DNA of 64,000 nt, taken from NCBI GenBank assembly GCA_964016885.1, contig OZ024744.1:23870001-23934000 (forward strand). The letters are read 5' to 3'. Position numbers and translations under genes: made by a program. The stretch is from Eledone cirrhosa (taxonomy: Eukaryota). The notes below the pieces were generated by a model. That model did not search any database and had not been told where the DNA came from. It saw only the letters and a program-made list of their open reading frames with translations. Shown in pieces: positions 1-13,600 of this stretch; within the stretch, counting starts at the first letter, position 1; every line of letters begins with the position of its first letter.

Positions 1-339
1 AATCTTAAGATAAACTCGTTTTAACAACAGTTGAATCTTAAGATAAACCTCGTTTTAACATCTGTTTAATCTTAAGAACTGAATCGTTTTAACAACAGTT
101 GAATCTTAAGATAAAATTCGTTTTAACAATAGTTGAATCTTAAGAACTGATTGGTTTTAACAACAGTTCAAACTTAAGAACTGACTCGTTTTAACAACAG
201 CTGAATCTTAAGAACTGATTCGTTTTAACAACAGCTGAATCTTAAGATAAACTCGTTTTAACAACAGTTGAATCTTAAGATAAAACTCGTTTTAACTACA
301 GTTGAATCTTAAGAACTGACTCGTTTTAACAACAGCTGA

Positions 340-725
340 ATCTTAAGATAAACCTCGTTTTAACAACAGTTGTATCTTAAGAACTGATTCGTTTTAACAA
401 CAGATGAATCTTAAGATAAACCTCGTTTTAACAACAGTTGAATCTTGAGAACTGGCTCGTTTAAACAACAGTTGAATCTTAAGATAAAACTCGTTTTAAC
501 AACAGTTGAATCTTAAGAACTGACTCGTTTTAACAACAGTTGAATCTTAAGATAAACCTCGTTTTAACAACAGTTGTATCTTAAGAACTGATTCGTTTTA
601 ACAACAGATGAATCTTAAGATAAACCTCGTTTTAACAACAGTTGAATCTTGAGAACTGGCTCGTTTAAACAACAGTTGAATCTTAAGATAAAACTCGTTT
701 TAACAACAGTTGAATCTTAAGAACT
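340..725. repeat. Local tandem duplication with a 6-monomer (204-bp) period inside HOR-1
   Basis: Markers TGTATC at 371 and 575, and CTTGAGAACTGGCTC, repeat at offset 204 = 6 x 34. Also present in copies 2 and 3. Confidence 0.85.
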
Positions 726-3700
726 GTCTCGTTTTAACGACAGTTGAATCTTAAGAACTGACTCGTTTTAACAACAGCTGAATCTTAAGATTAAACTCGT
801 TTTAACAACAGTTGAATCTTAAGACAAAACCCGTTTTAACAACAGTTCAATCTTAAGAACTTTCTCGTTTTAACAACAGTTGAATCTTAAGATAAACCTC
901 GTTTTAACAACAGTTTAATCTTAAGAACTGACTCGTTTTAACAACAGTTGAATCCTAAGATAAAATTCGTTTTAACAACAGTTGAATCTTAAGAACTGAC
1001 TCGTTTTATAAACAGTTCAACCTAAAGAACTGACTCGTTTTAACAACTGTTGAATCTTCAAATAAAACTCGTTTTAACAACAGTTGAATATTAAGAACTG
1101 ACTCGTTTTAACAGCAGTTGAATCTTAATCTAAAACTCGTTTTAATAACAGTTGAATCTTAAGATAAAACTCGTTTTAACAACAGTTTAATCTTAAGAAC
1201 TGACTCGTTTTAACAACAGTTGAATTTTAAGATAAAACTCGTTTTAACAACAGTTGAATCTTAAGAACTAATTCGTTTTAACAACAGTTGAATCTTTTGA
1301 TAAAACCCATTTTAACAACAGTTGAATCTTAAGATTAAACTCGTTTTAACAATAGTTGAATCTTAAGAACTGACTCGTTTTAACAACAGTTGAATCTTAA
1401 GAACTGACTCGTTTTATCAACATTTCAACCTTAAGAACTGACTCGTTTTAACAACAGTTGAATCTTCAAATAAAACTCGTTTTAACAACAGTTGAATGTT
1501 ATGATAAAACTCGTTTTAACAACAGTTGAATCTTAAGAACTGACTCTTTTTAACAACAGTTGAATCTTAAGATAATACTCGTTTTAACAACAGTTGAATT
1601 TTAAGATACAATTGGTTTTAACAATAGTTGAATGTTAAGAACTATTTCGTTTTAACAACAGTGCAAACTTAAGAGCTGACTCGTTTTAACAACAGCTGAA
1701 TCTTATGATAAAACTCATTTTAACAACAGTTGAATCTTAAGATAAAACTCGTTTTACCAACAGTTGAATCTTAAGCACTGTCTCGTTTTAACAACAGTTG
1801 AATCTTAAGATAAAACTCGTTTTAACAACAGTTGAATCTTAAGAACTAATTCGTTTTAACAACAGTTGAATCTTTTGATAAAACCCATTTTAACAACAGT
1901 TGAATCTTAAGATTAAACTCGTTTTAACAATAGTTGAATCTTAAGAACTGACTCGTTTTAACAACAGTTGAATCTTAAGAACTGACTCGTTTTATCAACA
2001 TTTCAACCTTAAGAACTGACTCGTTTTAACAACAGTTGAATCTTCAAATAAAACTCGTTTTAACAACAGTTGAAACTTAAGAACTGACTTGTTTTAACAA
2101 CAGTTGAATCTTAAGAACTGATTCGTTTTAACAACAGTTCAAACTTAAGAACTGACTCGTATTAACAACAGTTGAATCTTATTATAAAACTCATTTTAAC
2201 AACAGTTGAATCTTAAGAACTGATTCGTTTTAACAACAGATGAATCTTAAGATAAACCTCGTTTTAACAACAGTTGCATCTTAAGAACTGGCTCGTTTAA
2301 ACAACAGTTGAATCTTAAGATAAAACTCGTTTTAACAACAGTTGAATCTTAAGATAAACTCGTTTTAACAACAGTTGAATCTTAAGAACTGACTCGTTTT
2401 AACAACAGCTGAATCTTTAGATAAAACTCGTATTAACAACAGTTGAATCTTAAGAACTGACTCGTTTTATCAACAGTTCAACCTTAAGAACTGACTCGTT
2501 TTAACAACAGTTGAATCTTCAAATAAAACTCGTTTTAACAACAGTTGAATCTTAAGAACTGACTCGTTTTAACAACAGTTGAATGTTATGATAAAACTCG
2601 TTTTAACAACAGTTGAATCTTAAGAACTGACTCTTTTTAACAACAGTTGAATCTTAAGATAATACTCGTTTTAACAACAGTTGAATTTTAAGATAAAATT
2701 CGTTTTAACAATAGTTGAATGTTAAGAACTCTTTCGTTTTAACAACAGTGCAAACTTAAGAGCTGACTCGTTTTAACAACAGCTGAATCTTATGATAAAA
2801 CTCATTTTAACAACAGTTGAATCTTAAGATAAAACTCGTTTTACCAACAGTTGAATCTTAAGCACTGTCTCGTTTTAACAACAGTTGAATCTTAAGATAA
2901 AACTCGTTTTAACAACAGTTGAATCTTAAGAACTAACTCGTTTTAACAACAGTTGAATCTTTTGATAAAACCCATTTTAACAACAGTTGAATCTTAAGAT
3001 TAAACTCGTTTTAACAATAGTTGAATCTTAAGAACTGACTCGTTTTAACAACAGTTGAATCTTAAGAACTGACTCGTTTTATCAACATTTCAACCTTAAG
3101 AACTGACTCGTTTTAACAACAGTTGAATCTTCAAATAAAACTCGTTTTAACAACAGTTGAAACTTAAGAACTGACTCGTTTTAACAACAGTTGAATCTTA
3201 TGATAAAACTCATTTTAACAACAGTTGAATCTTAAGATAAAACTCGTTTTAACAACAGTTGAATCTTAAGCACTGTCTCGTTTTAACAACATTTGAATCT
3301 TAAGATAAAACTCGTTTTAACAACAGTTGAATCTTAAGAACTGACTCGTTTTAACAACAGTTGAATCTTAAGAACTGACTCGTTTTAACAACAGTTGAAT
3401 CTTAAGATAAGACTCGTTTTAACAACAGTTGAATCTTAAGAACTGACTCGTTTTATCAACATTTCAACCTTAAGAACTGACTCGTTTTAACAACAGATGA
3501 ATCTTCAAATAAAACTCGTTTTAACAACAGTTGAATCTTAAGAACTGACTCGTTTTAACAACAGTTGAATCTTAAGAACTGATTCGTTTTAACAACAGTT
3601 CAAACTTAAGAACTGACTCGTATTAACAACAGTTGAATCTTATTATAAAACTCATTTTAACAACAGTTGAATCTTAAGAACTGATTCGTTTTAACAACAG

Positions 3701-5639
3701 ATGAATCTTAAGATAAACCTCGTTTTAACAACAGTTGCATCTTAGGAACTGGCTCGTTTAAACAACAGTTGAATCCTAAGATAAAACACGTTTTAACAAC
3801 AGTTGAATCTTAAGAACTGACTCGTTTTAACAACAGTTGAATCTTAAGATAAACTCGTTTTAACAACAGTTGAATCTTAAGAACTGACTCGTTTTAACAA
3901 CAGCTGAATCTTAAGATAAACCTCGTATTAACAACAGTTGAATCTTAAGAACTGACTCGTTTTATCAACAGTTCAACCTTAAGAACTGACTCGTTTTAAC
4001 AACAGTTGAATCTTAAGAACTGATTCGTTTTAACAACAGTTCAAACTTAAGAACTGACTCGTATTAACAACAGTTGAATCTTATTATAAAACTCATTTTA
4101 ACAACAGTTGAATCTTAAGAACTGATTCGTTTTAACAACAGATGAATCTTAAGATAAACCTCGTTTTAAAAACAGTTGCATCTTAAGAACTGGCTCGTTT
4201 AAACAACAGTTGAATCTTAAGATAAAACTCGTTTTAACAACAGTTGAATCTTAACATAAAATTCGTTTTAACAATAGTTGAATGTTAAGAACTCTTTCGT
4301 TTTAACAACAGTGCAAACTTAAGAGCTGACTCGTTTTAACAACAGTTGAATCTTATGATAAAACTCATTTTAACAACAGTTGAATCTTAAGATAAAACTC
4401 GTTTTAACAACAGTTGAATCTTAAGCACTGTCTCGTTTTAACAACAGTTGAATCTTAAGATAAAACTCGTTTTAACAACAGTTGAATCTTAAGAACTGAT
4501 TCGTTTTAACAACAGCTGAATCTTAAGATAAACTCGTTTTAACAACAGTTGAATCTTAAGATAAAACTGGTTTTAACAACAGTTGTATCTTAAGAACTGA
4601 TTCGTTTTAACAACAGATGAATCTTAAGATAATCCTCGTTTTAACAACAGTTGCATCTTGAGAACTGGCTCGTTTAAACAACAGTTGAATCTTAAGATAA
4701 AACTCGTTTTAACAACAGTTGAATCTTAAGAACTGACTCGTTTTAACAACAGTTGAATCTTAAGATAAAACTCGTTTTAACAACAGTTGAATCTTAAGAA
4801 CTGACTCATTTTAACAACAGTTGAATCTTAAGATAAATCTCGTTTTAACAACAGCTGAATCTTAAGATTAAACTCGTTTTAACAACAGTTGAATCTTAAG
4901 ACAAAACCCGTTTTAACAACAGTTGAATCTTAAGAACTGTCTCGTTTTAACGACAGTTGAATCTTAAGAACTGACTCGTTTTAACAACAGCTGAATCTTA
5001 AGATTAAACTCGTTTTAACAACAGTTGAATCTTAAGACAAAACCCGTTTTAACAACAGTTTAATCTTAAGAACTGACTCGTTTTAACAACAGTTGAATCT
5101 TAAGATAAAATTCGTTTTAACAACAGTTGAATATTAAGAACTGACTCGTTTTATAAACAGTTCAACTTTAAGAACTGACTCGTTTTAACAACTGTTGAAT
5201 CTTATGATAAAACTCTTTTTAACAACAGTTGAATCTTAAGATAAAACTCGTTTTAACAACAGTTGAATCTTAAGAACTGTCTCGTTTTAACAACAGTTGA
5301 ATCTTAAGAACTGACTCGTTTTAACAACAGTTGAATCTTATGATAAAACTCTTTTTAACAACAGTTGAATCTTAAGATAAAACTCGTTTTAACAACAGTT
5401 GAATCTTAAGAACTGACTCGTTTTAACAACAGTTTAATCTTAAGAACTGACTCGTTTTATAAACAGTTCAACCTTAAGAACTGACTCGTTTTAACAACAG
5501 TTGAATCTTCAAATAAAACTCGTTTTAACAACAGTTGAATATTAAGAACTGACTCGTTTTAACAGCAGTTGAATCTTAATATAAAACTCGTTTTAACAAC
5601 AGTTGAATCTTAAGAACTGACTCGTTTTAATAACAGTTG

Positions 5640-7080
5640 AATCTTAAGATAAAACTCGTTTTAACAACAGTTGAATCTTAATAACTGACTCGTTTTATCA
5701 ACAGTTCAACCTTAAGAACTGACTCATTTTAACAACATTTGAATCTTCAAATAAAACTCGTTTTAACAACAGTTGAATGTTAAGAACTGATTCGTTTTAA
5801 CAACAGCTGAATCTTAAGATAAACTCGTTTTAACAACAGTTGAATCTTAAGATAAACCTCGTTTTAACAACAGTTTAATCTTAAGAACTGACTCGTTTTA
5901 ACAACAGTTGAATCTTAAGATAAAATTCGTTTTAACAACAGTTGAATCTTAAGAACTGATTCGTTTTAACAACAGTTCAAACTTAAGAACTGACTCGTTT
6001 TAACAACAGTTGAATCTTAAGATAAAACTCGTTTTAACAACAGTTGAATCTTAAGAACTGATTCGTATTAACAACAGTTGAATATTAAGATAAAACTCGT
6101 TTTAACAACAGTTAAATCTTAAGAACTGACTCGTTTTAACAACAGTTGAATCTTAAGATAAAACTCGATTTAACAACAGTTGAATCTTAAGAACTGTCTC
6201 GTTTTAACAACAGTTGAATCTTAAGAACTGACTCGTTTTAACAACAGTTGAATCTTATGATAAAACTCGTTTTAACAACAGTTGAATCTTAAGAACTGAC
6301 TCGTTTTAACAACAGTTGAATCTTAAGATAAAACTCGTTTTAACAACAGTTGAATCTTAAGAACTGACTCGTTTAACAACAGTTTAATCTTAAGAACTGA
6401 CTCGTTTTATAAACAGTTCAACCTTAAGAACTGACTCGTTTTAACAACAGTTGAATCTTCAAATAAAACTCGTTTTAGCAACAGTTGAATCTTAAGAACT
6501 GACTCGTTTTAATAACAGTTGAATCTTAAGATAAAACTCGTTTTAACAACAGTTGAATCTTAAGAACTGACTCGTTTTAACAACAGCTGAATTTTAAGAT
6601 AAAACTCGTTTTAACAACAGTTGAATCTTAATAACTGACTCGTTTTATCAACAGTTCAACCTTAAGAACTGACTCATTTTAACAACATTTGAATCTTCAA
6701 ATAAAACTCGTTTTAACAACAGTTGAATGTTAAGAACTGATTCGTTTTAACAACAGCTGAATCTTAAGATAAACTCGTTTTAACAACAGTTGAATCTTAA
6801 GATAAACCTCGTTTTAACAACAGTTTAATCTTAAGAACTGACTCGTTTTAACAACAGTTGAATCTTAAGATAAAATTCGTTTTAACAACAGTTGAATCTT
6901 AAGAACTGATTCGTTTTAACAACAGTTCAAACTTAAGAACTGACTCGTTTTAACAACAGTTGAATCTTAAGATAAAACTCGTTTTAACAACAGTTGAATC
7001 TTAAGAACTGATTCGTATTAACAACAGTTGAATATTAAGATAAAACTCGTTTTAACAACAGTTAAATCTTAAGAACTGTC
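5640..7080. repeat. Local duplication with a 950-bp offset (28 monomers) inside HOR-1
   Basis: Marker ATAACTGACT at 5681 and 6631. Downstream variants (CATTTGAATCTTCAAAT, TCGTATTAAC...AATATTAAGAT, GTTAAATC) are shared. Confidence 0.8.
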
Positions 7081-7676
7081 TCGTTTTAACAATAGTTGAA
7101 TCTTAAGAACTGACTCGTTTTAACAACAGTTGAATCTTATGATAAAACTCGTTTTAACAACAGTTGAATCTTAAGAACTGACTCGTTTTAACAACAGTTG
7201 AATCTTAAGAACTGACTCGTTTTATAAACAGTTCAACCTTAAGAACTGACTCGTTTTAACAACAGTTGAATCTTCAAATAAAACTCGTTTTAACAACAGT
7301 TGAATATTAAGAACTGACTCGTTTTAACAGCAGTTGAATCTTAATATAAAACTCGTTTTAACAACAGTTGAATCTTAAGATAAAACTTGTTTTAACAACA
7401 GTTGAATCGTAAGAACTGACTCGTTTTAATAACAGTTGAATCTTAAGATAGAACTCGTTTTAACAACAGTTGAATCTTAAGAACTGACTCGTTTTAACAA
7501 CAGCTGAATTTTAAGATAAAACTCGTTTTAACAACAGTTGAATCTTAAGAACTGACTCGTTTTATCAACAGTTCAACCTTAAGAACTGACTCATTTTAAC
7601 AACAGTTGAATCTTCAAATAAAACTCGTTTTAACAACAGTTGAATGTTAAGAACTGAATCGTTTTAACAACAGCTG

Positions 7677-10600
7677 AATCTTAAGATAAACTCGTTTTAA
7701 CAACAGTTGAATCTTAAGATAAACCTCGTTTTAACATCTGTTTAATCTTAAGAACTGAATCGTTTTAACAACAGTTGAATCTTAAGATAAAATTCGTTTT
7801 AACAATAGTTGAATCTTAAGAACTGATTGGTTTTAACAACAGTTCAAACTTAAGAACTGACTCGTTTTAACAACAGCTGAATCTTAAGAACTGATTCGTT
7901 TTAACAACAGCTGAATCTTAAGATAAACTCGTTTTAACAACAGTTGAATCTTAAGATAAAACTCGTTTTAACTACAGTTGAATCTTAAGAACTGACTCGT
8001 TTTAACAACAGCTGAATCTTAAGATAAACCTCGTTTTAACAACAGTTGTATCTTAAGAACTGATTCGTTTTAACAACAGATGAATCTTAAGATAAACCTC
8101 GTTTTAACAACAGTTGAATCTTGAGAACTGGCTCGTTTAAACAACAGTTGAATCTTAAGATAAAACTCGTTTTAACAACAGTTGAATCTTAAGAACTGAC
8201 TCGTTTTAACAACAGTTGAATCTTAAGATAAACCTCGTTTTAACAACAGTTGTATCTTAAGAACTGATTCGTTTTAACAACAGATGAATCTTAAGATAAA
8301 CCTCGTTTTAACAACAGTTGAATCTTGAGAACTGGCTCGTTTAAACAACAGTTGAATCTTAAGATAAAACTCGTTTTAACAACAGTTGAATCTTAAGAAC
8401 TGTCTCGTTTTAACGACAGTTGAATCTTAAGAACTGACTCGTTTTAACAACAGCTGAATCTTAAGATTAAACTCGTTTTAACAACAGTTGAATCTTAAGA
8501 CAAAACCCGTTTTAACAACAGTTCAATCTTAAGAACTTTCTCGTTTTAACAACAGTTGAATCTTAAGATAAACCTCGTTTTAACAACAGTTTAATCTTAA
8601 GAACTGACTCGTTTTAACAACAGTTGAATCCTAAGATAAAATTCGTTTTAACAACAGTTGAATCTTAAGAACTGACTCGTTTTATAAACAGTTCAACCTA
8701 AAGAACTGACTCGTTTTAACAACTGTTGAATCTTCAAATAAAACTCGTTTTAACAACAGTTGAATATGAAGAACTGACTCGTTTTAACAGCAGTTGAATC
8801 TTAATCTAAAACTCGTTTTAATAACAGTTGAATCTTAAGATAAAACTCGTTTTAACAACAGTTTAATCTTAAGAACTGACTCGTTTTAACAACAGTTGAA
8901 TTTTAAGATAAAACTCGTTTTAACAACAGTTGAATCTTAAGAACTAATTCGTTTTAACAACAGTTGAATCTTTTGATAAAACCCATTTTAACAACAGTTG
9001 AATCTTAAGATTAAACTCGTTTTAACAATAGTTGAATCTTAAGAACTGACTCGTTTTAACAACAGTTGAATCTTAAGAACTGACTCGTTTTATCAACATT
9101 TCAACCTTAAGAACTGACTCGTTTTAACAACAGTTGAATCTTCAAATAAAACTCGTTTTAACAACAGTTGAAACTTAAGAACTGACTCGTTTTAACAACA
9201 GTTGAATCTTAAGAACTGATTCGTTTTAACAACAGTTCAAACTTAAGAACTGACTCGTATTAACAACAGTTGAATCTTATTATAAAACTCATTTTAACAA
9301 CAGTTGAATCTTAAGAACTGATTCGTTTTAACAACAGATGAATCTTAAGATAAACCTCGTTTTAACAACAGTTGCATCTTAAGAACTGGCTCGTTTAAAC
9401 AACAGTTGAATCTTAAGATAAAACTCGTTTTAACAACAGTTGAATCTTAAGATAAACTCGTTTTAACAACAGTTGAATCTTAAGAACTGACTCGTTTTAA
9501 CAACAGCTGAATCTTTAGATAAAACTCGTATTAACAACAGTTGAATCTTAAGAACTGACTCGTTTTATCAACAGTTCAACCTTAAGAACTGACTCGTTTT
9601 AACAACAGTTGAATCTTCAAATAAAACTCGTTTTAACAACAGTTGAATCTTAAGAACTGACTCGTTTTAACAACAGTTGAATGTTATGATAAAACTCGTT
9701 TTAACAACAGTTGAATCTTAAGAACTGACTCTTTTTAACAACAGTTGAATCTTAAGATAATACTCGTTTTAACAACAGTTGAATTTTAAGATAAAATTCG
9801 TTTTAACAATAGTTGAATGTTAAGAACTCTTTCGTTTTAACAACAGTGCAAACTTAAGAGCTGACTCGTTTTAACAACAGCTGAATCTTATGATAAAACT
9901 CATTTTAACAACAGTTGAATCTTAAGATAAAACTCGTTTTACCAACAGTTGAATCTTAAGCACTGTCTCGTTTTAACAACAGTTGAATCTTAAGATAAAA
10001 CTCGTTTTAACAACAGTTGAATCTTAAGAACTAACTCGTTTTAACAACAGTTGAATCTTTTGATAAAACCCATTTTAACAACAGTTGAATCTTAAGATTA
10101 AACTCGTTTTAACAATAGTTGAATCTTAAGAACTGACTCGTTTTAACAACAGTTGAATCTTAAGAACTGACTCGTTTTATCAACATTTCAACCTTAAGAA
10201 CTGACTCGTTTTAACAACAGTTGAATCTTCAAATAAAACTCGTTTTAACAACAGTTGAAACTTAAGAACTGACTCGTTTTAACAACAGTTGAATCTTATG
10301 ATAAAACTCATTTTAACAACAGTTGAATCTTAAGATAAAACTCGTTTTAACAACAGTTGAATCTTAAGCACTGTCTCGTTTTAACAACATTTGAATCTTA
10401 AGATAAAACTCGTTTTAACAACAGTTGAATCTTAAGAACTGACTCGTTTTAACAACAGTTGAATCTTAAGAACTGACTCGTTTTAACAACAGTTGAATCT
10501 TAAGATAAGACTCGTTTTAACAACAGTTGAATCTTAAGAACTGACTCGTTTTATCAACATTTCAACCTTAAGAACTGACTCGTTTTAACAACAGATGAAT

Positions 10601-13600
10601 CTTCAAATAAAACTCGTTTTAACAACAGTTGAATCTTAAGAACTGACTCGTTTTAACAACAGTTGAATCTTAAGAACTGATTCGTTTTAACAACAGTTCA
10701 AACTTAAGAACTGACTCGTATTAACAACAGTTGAATCTTATTATAAAACTCATTTTAACAACAGTTGAATCTTAAGAACTGATTCGTTTTAACAACAGAT
10801 GAATCTTAAGATAAACCTCGTTTTAACAACAGTTGCATCTTAGGAACTGGCTCGTTTAAACAACAGTTGAATCCTAAGATAAAACACGTTTTAACAACAG
10901 TTGAATCTTAAGAACTGACTCGTTTTAACAACAGTTGAATCTTAAGATAAACTCGTTTTAACAACAGTTGAATCTTAAGAACTGACTCGTTTTAACAACA
11001 GCTGAATCTTAAGATAAACCTCGTATTAACAACAGTTGAATCTTAAGAACTGACTCGTTTTATCAACAGTTCAACCTTAAGAACTGACTCGTTTTAACAA
11101 CAGTTGAATCTTAAGAACTGATTCGTTTTAACAACAGTTCAAACTTAAGAACTGACTCGTATTAACAACAGTTGAATCTTATTATAAAACTCATTTTAAC
11201 AACAGTTGAATCTTAAGAACTGATTCGTTTTAACAACAGATGAATCTTAAGATAAACCTCGTTTTAAAAACAGTTGCATCTTAAGAACTGGCTCGTTTAA
11301 ACAACAGTTGAATCTTAAGATAAAACTCGTTTTAACAACAGTTGAATCTTAACATAAAATTCGTTTTAACAATAGTTGAATGTTAAGAACTCTTTCGTTT
11401 TAACAACAGTGCAAACTTAAGAGCTGACTCGTTTTAACAACAGTTGAATCTTATGATAAAACTCATTTTAACAACAGTTGAATCTTAAGATAAAACTCGT
11501 TTTAACAACAGTTGAATCTTAAGCACTGTCTCGTTTTAACAACAGTTGAATCTTAAGATAAAACTCGTTTTAACAACAGTTGAATCTTAAGAACTGATTC
11601 GTTTTAACAACAGCTGAATCTTAAGATAAACTCGTTTTAACAACAGTTGAATCTTAAGATAAAACTGGTTTTAACAACAGTTGTATCTTAAGAACTGATT
11701 CGTTTTAACAACAGATGAATCTTAAGATAATCCTCGTTTTAACAACAGTTGCATCTTGAGAACTGGCTCGTTTAAACAACAGTTGAATCTTAAGATAAAA
11801 CTCGTTTTAACAACAGTTGAATCTTAAGAACTGACTCGTTTTAACAACAGTTGAATCTTAAGATAAAACTCGTTTTAACAACAGTTGAATCTTAAGAACT
11901 GACTCATTTTAACAACAGTTGAATCTTAAGATAAATCTCGTTTTAACAACAGCTGAATCTTAAGATTAAACTCGTTTTAACAACAGTTGAATCTTAAGAC
12001 AAAACCCGTTTTAACAACAGTTGAATCTTAAGAACTGTCTCGTTTTAACGACAGTTGAATCTTAAGAACTGACTCGTTTTAACAACAGCTGAATCTTAAG
12101 ATTAAACTCGTTTTAACAACAGTTGAATCTTAAGACAAAACCCGTTTTAACAACAGTTTAATCTTAAGAACTGACTCGTTTTAACAACAGTTGAATCTTA
12201 AGATAAAATTCGTTTTAACAACAGTTGAATATTAAGAACTGACTCGTTTTATAAACAGTTCAACTTTAAGAACTGACTCGTTTTAACAACTGTTGAATCT
12301 TATGATAAAACTCTTTTTAACAACAGTTGAATCTTAAGATAAAACTCGTTTTAACAACAGTTGAATCTTAAGAACTGTCTCGTTTTAACAACAGTTGAAT
12401 CTTAAGAACTGACTCGTTTTAACAACAGTTGAATCTTATGATAAAACTCTTTTTAACAACAGTTGAATCTTAAGATAAAACTCGTTTTAACAACAGTTGA
12501 ATCTTAAGAACTGACTCGTTTTAACAACAGTTTAATCTTAAGAACTGACTCGTTTTATAAACAGTTCAACCTTAAGAACTGACTCGTTTTAACAACAGTT
12601 GAATCTTCAAATAAAACTCGTTTTAACAACAGTTGAATATTAAGAACTGACTCGTTTTAACAGCAGTTGAATCTTAATATAAAACTCGTTTTAACAACAG
12701 TTGAATCTTAAGAACTGACTCGTTTTAATAACAGTTGAATCTTAAGATAAAACTCGTTTTAACAACAGTTGAATCTTAATAACTGACTCGTTTTATCAAC
12801 AGTTCAACCTTAAGAACTGACTCATTTTAACAACATTTGAATCTTCAAATAAAACTCGTTTTAACAACAGTTGAATGTTAAGAACTGATTCGTTTTAACA
12901 ACAGCTGAATCTTAAGATAAACTCGTTTTAACAACAGTTGAATCTTAAGATAAACCTCGTTTTAACAACAGTTTAATCTTAAGAACTGACTCGTTTTAAC
13001 AACAGTTGAATCTTAAGATAAAATTCGTTTTAACAACAGTTGAATCTTAAGAACTGATTCGTTTTAACAACAGTTCAAACTTAAGAACTGACTCGTTTTA
13101 ACAACAGTTGAATCTTAAGATAAAACTCGTTTTAACAACAGTTGAATCTTAAGAACTGATTCGTATTAACAACAGTTGAATATTAAGATAAAACTCGTTT
13201 TAACAACAGTTAAATCTTAAGAACTGACTCGTTTTAACAACAGTTGAATCTTAAGATAAAACTCGATTTAACAACAGTTGAATCTTAAGAACTGTCTCGT
13301 TTTAACAACAGTTGAATCTTAAGAACTGACTCGTTTTAACAACAGTTGAATCTTATGATAAAACTCGTTTTAACAACAGTTGAATCTTAAGAACTGACTC
13401 GTTTTAACAACAGTTGAATCTTAAGATAAAACTCGTTTTAACAACAGTTGAATCTTAAGAACTGACTCGTTTAACAACAGTTTAATCTTAAGAACTGACT
13501 CGTTTTATAAACAGTTCAACCTTAAGAACTGACTCGTTTTAACAACAGTTGAATCTTCAAATAAAACTCGTTTTAGCAACAGTTGAATCTTAAGAACTGA

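Larger units (their letters stand above)
1..7676. repeat. Higher-order repeat HOR-1, copy 1 (7,676 bp, about 226 monomers, long form)
   Basis: The rare marker AACATCTGTTTAATC has its TCTG at 61, 7737 and 14835, and the order of variants is the same between copies. Confidence 0.92.
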
